Positions 1-64,000 of a stretch of 64,000 nt of DNA are shown piece after piece. The position numbers and the translations under genes are program-made. The notes under the pieces were generated by a model, which had not been told where the DNA came from, made no database searches, and was given only the letters and a program-made list of their open reading frames with translations. Positions within the stretch are counted from its first letter, which is position 1. Each line of letters begins with the position of its first letter. Source of the stretch: Octopus sinensis (Eukaryota); assembly GCF_006345805.1 (NCBI RefSeq), contig NC_043026.1:13805579-13869578 (forward strand), given 5' to 3'.

Positions 1-344
1 TCTCCTCTACAACTGCATATATCTTTTGTCTTCCCTCTCTCTCTCTTTCCCTCCCCCTCTCTCTCTCTCCCTCCCTCTCTCTCTCCCTCCCTCTCTCTCT
101 CCCTCCCTCTCTCTCTCTCTCCCTCCTCTCTCTCTCCCTCCCACTCTCCCTCTCTCTCTCCCTCCCTCTCTCTCTCATCTTGTATCTCCTCTACAGCAGC
201 ACACCTGTTTCTGTCTTCCCTCTCTCTCTCTCTCCCTCCCTCTCTCTCTCCCTCCCACTCTCTCTCTCCCTCCCTCTCTCCCTCTCTCTCACCCTCCCTC
301 TCTCTCTCATCTTGTATTTCCTCAGCACCTGTTTCTGTCTTCCC

Positions 345-375
<31 letters not shown>

Positions 376-430
376 CATCTTGTACCTCCTCTACAGCAAG
401 ACACCTGTCTTTCTGTCTCTCTGTCACTCT
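1..430. repeat. (CT)n low-complexity tract with about 4 interspersed ~40-bp related units
   Basis: tctcctctac-a-gca..cacctgtttctgtcttccc recurs near 1, 181, 311, 381. Confidence 0.8.
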
Positions 431-1521
431 CTAACCCAGGGGTTCCTCTTTGCTCTCTCTTCTATTCTTTTTACTTATTTCAGTCATTTGGCTGTGGCCA
501 TGCTGGAGCACCGCCTTTAATCGAGCAAATCGACCCCAGGACTTATTCTTTGTAAGCCTAGTACTTATTGTATCGGTCTCTTTCGCCGAACCGCTAAGTT
601 ACGAGGGCGTAAACACACCAGCATCGGTTGTCAAGCAATGCTAGGGGGACAAACACAGACACACAATCACACATATAAAGAGACCAATAGAATAAGTACT
701 GGGCTTACAAAAGAATAAGTCCCGGGGTCGAGTTGCTCGATTAAAGGTGGTGCTCCAGCATGGCCGCAGTCAAATGACTGAAACAAGTAAAAGAAAAAAA
801 AATACGACAGGCTTCTTTCAGTTTCCGTCTTCCAAATCCACTCACAAGGCTTTGGTCGGCCCGAGGCTATAGTAGAAGACACTTGCCCAAGATGCCACGC
901 AGTGGGACTGAACCCGGAACCATGTGGTTGGTATGCAAGCTACTTACCACACAGCCACTCCTGCGCCTATATATACATATATATATACATATATACGACA
1001 GGCTTCTTTCAGTTTCCGTCTACCAAATCCACTCACAAGGCTTTGGTCGGCACGAGGCTATAGCAGAAGACACTTGCCCAAGATGCCACACAGTGGGACT
1101 GAACTTGGAACCATGTGGTTGATAACCAAGCTACTTACCACACAGCCACTCTTACGCCTTTTCAAAAAATTTTACGTGCTGGTCCCTTTGCAGTTTTTAC
1201 ATTGATTTGCTGTCCCCTATAAAATGCAGGATAATTACCATGGATAAAAACGACATACTTTCATGTACCGTATTTTCCAGACTATGAACGTTAGCATGTC
1301 GGGTGAAATGCTTAGCGGTATTTCCTTCTGTCTTCGTGTTCTGAGTTCAAATTCTGCCGAGGTCGACTTTGCCTTTCATCCTTTCGGGGTCGATAAATTA
1401 AGTACCAGTTATGCACTGGGGTCGATGTAATCGACTTAATACCTATGTCTGTCCTTGTTTGTCCCCTCTGTGTTTAGCCCCTTGTGGGTAGTAAAGAAAT
1501 AGGTATTTCCTTCTGTCTTTG

Positions 1522-1555
<34 letters not shown>

Positions 1556-2370
1556 TTAACGTCCGCTTTCCATGCTAGCATGGGTTGGACGGTTCAACTG
1601 GGGTCTGGGGAGCCCGAAAGCTGCACCAGTCCAGTCAGATCTGTTCCGAGTTCAAATTCTGTCGAGGTCGACTTTGCCTTTCATCCTTTCGGAATCGATA
1701 AATTAAGTACCAGTTGCATACTAGGGTCGATCTAATCAACTGGGCACCGCCCCAAAAATTTTGGGCCTTATGCCTAGAGTAAAAAAGAATATTACCTTGC
1801 ATGGAAACGAGTGTGAGTTGCCAAGGAAAAGGGCATCCAACCATAGAAAATCTGCCACAACTAATTCCCTCTAAGCCATCATCATCATCGTTTAACGTCC
1901 GCTTTCCATGCTAGCACAGGTTGGACGGTTCGACCGGGGTCTCGCAAGCCAGGAGGCTGCACCAGGCTCCAGTCTGATCTGGCAGTGTTTCTACAGCTGG
2001 ATGCCTTTCCTAACGCCAACCACTCCGTGAGTGTAGTGGGTGCTTTTTACGTGCCACCTGCACAGGTGCCAGATGAGGCTGGCAGCGGCCCCGATCGGTT
2101 GGTGCTTTTTACGTACCACTGGCACAGGTGCCAGGGGAGGCTGGCAGCAGTCCCGATCGGATGGTGCTTTTTACGTGCCACCGGCACAGAAGCCAGTCAA
2201 GGCAGCGCTGGCATCATCCACATTCTGATGGTGCTTTTTACATGCCACCGGCACAGGTATCACAACTACTATTTCCATTTGATATTTATTTCGATGTCTA
2301 TGTGACCATAGAAGAGTAGACATTAAAATGATGATGATGATGATGGTTTATCTATTTACCTTTTTTTCAG

Positions 2371-57153
<54,783 letters not shown>

Positions 57154-57525
57154 GTAAGTAAAGCTTACAGAACCCCTATACACACACACACCTATACACA
57201 CACAGACACACACACACAGAAGCACGCATGCATAGCCATTCATTCACTCTTGTGCACACACATAAACCTGACACATACACACACACACACTTCCGCTCTC
57301 ACACATACATACAAGAAACAGACCCGCACTCTGTCCTCTGGCACATACACCATTCAGGCACATTCACCCCACATCCCCACCCCAGATACACACACACACA
57401 TAAGTGAAAATCCAATAAGGGTATCACTGAATAAAATTACTTTTGGAAGTGTCACCAGATTGGGTAGATTGATACAGTGTGGGTACATTGTAATGAGGGT
57501 ATTCTATGAAGTGGGTATTCTATAA

Positions 57526-58672
57526 AGGCGGCGAGCTGGCAGAATCGTTAGCACGTCGGGCAAAATGCTTAGCGGTATTTCGGCTGCCGTTACGTTGTGA
57601 GTTCAAATTCCGCCGAGGTCGACTTTGCCTTTCATCCTTTCGGGGTCGATAAATTAAGTACCAGTTACGCACTGGGGTCGATGTAATCGACTTAATACCT
57701 ATGTCTGTCCTTGTTTGTCCCCTCTGTGTTTAGCCCCTTGTGGGTAATAAAGAAATAGGTATTTCGGCTGCCGCTACGTTCAGAGTTCAAATTCCGCCGA
57801 GGTCGACTTTACCTTTCCTCCTTTCGGGGTCGATAAATTAAGTACCAGTTACGCACTGGGGTCGATGTAATCGACTTAATACCTATGTCTGTCCTTGTTT
57901 GTCCCCTCTGTGTTTAGCCCCTTGTGGGTAGTAAAGAAATAGGTATTTCGCCTGCCGTTACGTTCTGAGTTCAAATTCCGCCGAGGTCGACTTTGCCTTT
58001 CATCCTTTCGGGGTCGATAAATTAAGTACCAGTTACGCACTGGGGTCGATGTAATCGACTTAATACTATGTCTGTCATTGTTTGTCCCCTCTGTGTTAGC
58101 CCTTGTGGGTAATAAGAAATAGGTATTTCGGCTGCCGCTACGTTCAGAGTTCAAATTCCGCCGAGGTCGACTTTGCCTTTCATCCTTTCGGGGTCGATAA
58201 ATTAAGTACCAGTTACGCACTGGGGTCGATGTAATCGACTTAATACCTATGTCTGTCCTGTTTGTCCCCTCTGTGTTTAGCCCCTTGTGGTAATAAAGAA
58301 ATAGGTATTTCGGCTGCCGTTACGTTGTGAGTTCAAATTCCGCCGAGGTCGACTTTGCCTTTCATCCTTTCGGGGTCGATAAATTAAGTACCAGTTACGC
58401 ACTGGGGTCGATGTAATCGACTTAATACCTATGTTGTCCTTGTTTGTCCCCTTGTGTTTAGCCCCTTGTGGGTAGTAAAGAAATAGGTATTTCGCCTGCC
58501 GTTACGTTCTGAGTTCAAATTCCGCCGAGGTCGACTTTGCCTTTCATCCTTTCGGGGTCGATAAATTAAGTACCAGTTACGCACTGGGGTCGATGTAATC
58601 GACTTAATACCTATGTCTGTCCTTGTTTGTCCCCTCTGTGTTTAGCCCCTTGTGGGTAATAAAGAAATAGGT
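57526..58672 (+). repeat. SINE B hexamer (~184-bp unit)
   Basis: ggtatttcg restarts near 57574, 57758, 57943, 58122, 58305, 58486. Confidence 0.9.
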
Positions 58673-59129
58673 ATTCTATGAAGTGGGTATATTGCAATGT
58701 GGTTGCACTAAGGCAGAGATACATTGTAACATGTATACTCTTTTACTTGTTTCAGTCATTTGACTGCGGCCATACTGGAGCACCGCCTTTAGTCGAGCAA
58801 ATCGACCCCGGAACTTATTCTTTGTAAGCCCAGTACTTATTCTATCGGTCTCTTATGCCGAACCGCTAAGCAATGGGGACGTAAACACACCAGCATCGAT
58901 TGTCAAGCGATGTTGGGGGGGACAAACACAGACACACAAACACACATACATATATATGACAGGCTTCTTTCAGTTTCCGTATACCAAATCCACTCACAAG
59001 GCTTTGGTCAGCCCGAGGCTATAGTAGAAGACACTTTCCCAAGGTGCCACGCAGTGGGACTGAACCCGGAACCATGTGGTTGGTTAGCAAGCTACTTACC
59101 ACACACCCACTCCTGTGCCTATAACAATA

Positions 59130-60027
59130 GTACATTGTTAAATGGGCACATTGTATATGGGTACATTGAAATATGGGTACATTATAACTTTGTTATATTG
59201 TAACAAAGGTACATTATAACATGTGTATATTGTCACATGGTACACTATGACATGGGTACATTGTTACTCGGATACATTGTAATGTGGGTATTCTATGATA
59301 AGGGTACATTATGACATGCATACATTGTAACATGAGTACTTTAAACAAGGGTACATTGTTATATGGTACATTATGACACGGATACATTGTAATATATATA
59401 TAGGTACATTGTAATATGGGTACATTGTAATATAGGTACATTGTAATATGGGTACATTGTAATATAGGTACATTGTAATATGGGTACTTTGTAATGTAGG
59501 TACATTGTAATATGGGTACATTGTAATATAGGTACATTGTAATATGGGTACATTGTAATGTAGGTACATTGTAATATGGGTACATTGTAATATAGGTACA
59601 TTGTAATATGGGTACTTTGTAACACGGGTACATTGTTATCTGGTACATTATGACATGGATACATTGTAATGTAGGTACATTGTAATATAGGTACATTGTA
59701 ATATGGGTACATTGTAATATAGGTACATTGTAATATGGGTACATTGTAATATAAGTACATTGTAATATGGGTACATTGTAATATAGGTACATTGTAATAT
59801 GGGTACATTGTAATATAGGTACATTGTAATATGGGTACATTGTAATATGGTACATTATGACATGGATACATTGTAATATAGGTACATTGTAATATAGGTA
59901 CATTGTAATATGGTACATTATGACATGGATACATTGTAATATATATATAGGTACATTGTAATATGGGTACATTGTAATATAGGTACATTGTAATATGGGT
60001 ACATTGTAATATAGGTACATTGTAATA
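59130..60027. repeat. 16-bp minisatellite GTACATTGTAATAT(G/A)G
   Basis: largely alternating variants; runs into the gap. Confidence 0.9.
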
Positions 60028-60127
60028 NNNNNNNNNNNNNNNNNNNNNNNNNNNNNNNNNNNNNNNNNNNNNNNNNNNNNNNNNNNNNNNNNNNNNNNNN
60101 NNNNNNNNNNNNNNNNNNNNNNNNNNN
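60028..60127. other. Assembly gap (100 N)
   Basis: N run. Confidence 1.
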
Positions 60128-61030
60128 AAAAATATCTTGCATTCTTTCATAGCAGAGCATGATTGTGAAAGAACTAAATTAGGATATGGGCACAACAATG
60201 AATAAAGATCGCACATTCATATTTCTTTCTTACCCACAAGAGGCTAAACTTAGAGGGGACAAACGGATTAAGTCGATTATATCGACCACAGTGCGTAACT
60301 GGTATTTATTTAATCGACCCCGAAAGGATGAAAGGCAAAGTCGACCTCGGCGGAATCTGAACTCAGAACGTAAAGGCAGACGAAATACTGCTAAGCATTT
60401 CGCCCGGCGTGCTAACGATTCTGCCAGCTCGCCGCCTTGTAACCCATTTAGTTGTCCTGCCATTGTAGCGGCTCCATCATATGTCTGTGCAATCAATTTC
60501 TTTCCACATTCCCACATCTCAATGCATTTAAAAACATGTTCAGATAAAGCATTTGCAGATCGATCTGCACTAACATCACTAAAACCGATAAATCGTTCTT
60601 TCGTCACACAGTCTTCTGTAACATAACGTAAAACTGTTGACAGTTGTGAAGATGCTGAGACATCAGATGTCTAATCAACAAGGATGAGAAGGAAATTGTC
60701 TCATTCAACATAACTTTATGAATTGCTTCGATCAAGCCATTTTGAATTCTGTTTGACAGACTGGTGAAGATAGAAGCTGTATCTAGATGACTTTCCATTT
60801 TTTTGTCATATTTACTGATCAAATATATGAGTTCTTTATAATTTCCACGATTATTAGAGCCTTCAGATTCAAAATGACCCTGAAACGATGATTCCTGGAG
60901 GTCTAAAAAAATATCAACATCGATCAATCGTTGCAGAATGGATCTGTTTCGTCTAACTTTCTCATTATGATGTTGTATGCTTTGACAATTATTAATACAC
61001 AAGTGTTTTTTATTGCATTGCAATTACATT
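60128..61030 (-). pseudogene. hAT transposase remnant (ZMYM1-like type), split by SINE B
   Basis: FQGHFESEGSNNRGNYKEL..SNRIQNGLI; ERFIGF..QTYDGAATMAGQLNGLQ; IFIHCCAHIL/NLVL; frameshifts present. Confidence 0.85.
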
Positions 61031-61659
61031 ACCGAGTGTACTAAATGGGTGAGGGTAAGGAGATATTTTACCATTAATTTATAGAGCAATAAGAAAATGG
61101 AGGGGATCAATAGACGATTCATCAACTTTTAGACATTATGTTATATTGTAATAATTACTGGTATCCTTATAAATTAATATATTTTATATCTTATATGTAA
61201 AGCATAATATGTTATATATGTATGTACATTCTTGTAATTGTCAGTTTAGTAAATAAATTAATAAGGTAACATAATATAATGTCTAAAAGTTGATGAATCA
61301 CCTATTGATCCACTCCATTTTTCTTATTGCTATGTATCATCATCATCATCATCATCATCATATATTATATATATATATATATATTAATATATATAATATA
61401 TATAGATAATTGCAGCGTGGAAGGTGTTTATAAGCCATTTAAGAAACACACAAAAAACCGTTAGATTCACTTCAACATTTAAATTTAATTTGTCAAAATA
61501 TTTCCGTCGCTTTGAGACCGCGACCTGTTCACTGAACAAAACTTCGTGCTGCATTTTGTGTGTTTCTTAAATGGCTTATAAACACCTTCCACGCTGCATT
61601 GTTTTCGTTCCAGCACCACGATCTCAGATCAAGTCACTTGCTATGCAAGTACATCTCCG

Positions 61660-61704
<45 letters not shown>

Positions 61705-62681
61705 ATATATATATTGATATATAATATATATATATAATATATAATATATATATACATGCATATATTAATATATATATATAATATATATATATATAATATT
61801 AGGGAGTATAACTCCAAACTAAAGGGAAAGGAAAATTCGATTTAGTATTAAATCAAATTTCACAGTATAAATAAAATCTCTAATTCATATATATATTATA
61901 TATATATAATATATATACGTATATATATTATATATATATATCATCATCATCATCTTCATTCAACGTCTACCTTCCATGCTGACATGGGTATATATATATA
62001 TATTTATATAAAATTTATATAAATGCACACACACACACACACCACATACCCCCACACACCACTCACACACACCACACCCACATTATCATAAATACAATCT
62101 AGCCCCCTTATATGGTTATCTTTCCAATATATATGTATATATATATATATATACAGCCGCTCATAAAGATCAATTATCTAAATACTTTTGGGGCGTAAAT
62201 GCTTATTGCTCAAATATCGTTAACTATTGTTTAAATATCCTGTCAGTTAAGTCACATGACACACTGACTTTCTTACTCTCTAACTCCCCACCCATATTCT
62301 ATCTCTCATTCTCTCTCTCTCACTCTCTCTCTCTCTTTCTTTCTCTCTTTCTCTTTATTATCTTGTCTTTTCTTTCTCTCAAAGTATGTATTGTCGTATC
62401 ATTATATCTACAATTGATTTATATTTTATCATCCCATAAAAAAAAATCAATATTTTACTTCCCTTATATGGTAAAAGAAGGAAATCCCGTTCGTTAAGGG
62501 CGTTTCATATTTATTTCTTAGTTTGATTCCTGTTTTTTATTTTTTATTTCCACTTTTACAGGACTTCTTCATTTGCTTTTTGTATTTTTTTAATAAATTT
62601 ATACATTCATACATACCTACATACATACATACCTACATACATGTGTGCATACATACACATGCACACGCACACACATATACA

Positions 62682-62808
62682 TACAGGCTGGGCCAAAAGT
62701 CATGCACCAAAACAGTTGACTTCTTATTTCTCTTATGTGGTTGTCATCATTCATACAATATATATATGTTGAGTTTTGATCTTTGTGCATGACTTTTGGC
62801 TGGACTCT
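62682..62808. mobile_element. Tc1/mariner-like MITE
   Basis: TIRs gccaaaagtcatgcac / gtgcatgacttttggc, TA flanks. Confidence 0.6.
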
Positions 62809-62860
62809 ACACACACACACATACATATATATATAAGTGTGTATGTATGTGTGTGTGTGT

Positions 62861-62897
<37 letters not shown>

Positions 62898-62939
62898 ACT
62901 AAAAACCTATCCATTCTTGTTGCTTCTTTCTCGCGTATA

Positions 62940-62986
<47 letters not shown>

Positions 62987-63052
62987 ATATTACATCTCTG
63001 TATATTTATATGTATATATATTATATATTGATACATATTTGTCTTTATATAC

Positions 63053-63104
<52 letters not shown>

Positions 63105-63357
63105 GTATAGGAAAGAATGGAGCTGAATGAAGATTTAACAAAATTCCTTTATTTTATTTTCGACATATGTTTCGAAGTCTGTTTAATATATATGTTTAAT
63201 ATATACTTAATATATTAAACTTCAAATTTCCGCACTAAGGCACGGATTTTATGCCCTATGGTCGTAACTTCAACTGTGCTTTTTCTGTTGTGAGTTTGCT
63301 ACCCAGGTATCGGTTATCTTTCGAATTATCCGTAATAAGATAATTCATTTGTCTACT

Positions 63358-63400
<43 letters not shown>

Positions 63401-64000
63401 CGGGGATGTAAACACACCAGCATCGGTTGTCAAGCAATGCTGGGAAGAACAAACACAGACACACAAACACACACACATATGAATATATATATATACATAT
63501 ATACGACAGGCTTCTTTCAGTTTCTGTCTACCAAATTCACTCACAAGGCTTTGGTCAGCCCGAGGCTATAGTAGAAGACACTTGCCCAAGGTGCCATGCA
63601 GTGGGACTGGACCCGGAACCATGTGGTTGAGAGAGAGAGAGACAGAGAAACTCCTGTATTACTAATCTTTCACAGAAATATAGAGGATACCATTTTCAGG
63701 GACACACAAGGGACTCACATCAGTGTCATTAATCTCACAGATAGACAGAAGGTACCACATGGGGAGAGAAAGAGAGAGAAAGTAAGAGAGACCCTTCATC
63801 ACCAACTTCACAAGAAACACATCATCATCATCATCATCATTGTTCGACCGTGGTCGAGACTAAATTCCATAGTCTTTTCAAATGGCTAATAATGTGTGCG
63901 CGCGCCACTACTACACACATTGGAAAGCATTGTACACCAAGTACTAAAGAAGATCTTTCCTCCTCCATGAACAAACTGTTCCCACTGGACGTCAACCCAG

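Noticed and set aside
26-520. Leu/Ser/Pro-rich ORF
   Set aside because: (CT)n low complexity.
59214-60020. Long Cys/Tyr/His repeat ORF
   Set aside because: Translation of the 16-bp minisatellite.
63165-63260. Minus-strand GAAA-CAUAUG-UC with a long stem II
   Set aside because: The CUGANGA core is missing; at most a decayed relic. Similar decayed cases near 8225-8275 and 35770-35820.

Overview
Eukaryotic, intron-rich window; the repeat content (tRNA-headed SINEs, RTE LINE tails, dense microsatellites) looks like an Octopus-type cephalopod genome (inference). One plus-strand gene spans it: an AHI1/Jouberin orthologue. 26 exons reconstructed by eye (2371-57153) join in phase except for one 1-nt frameshift at about 39690; two more candidate exons are uncertain. 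They encode an acidic/basic N-terminus, the C2-like domain and the WD40 propeller. The start codon and the SH3 exons are not visible. Introns hold several SINE families, RTE/CR1 LINE remnants, non-autonomous Helitrons, mariner and hAT fragments, foldback elements, tandem arrays, a U6 pseudogene and a 100-N gap. The most notable unexplained signal is a set of minimal type I hammerhead ribozyme motifs (Penelope-like terminal-repeat type), three in the pre-mRNA sense orientation. No CRISPR array, rRNA or intact tRNA was found.
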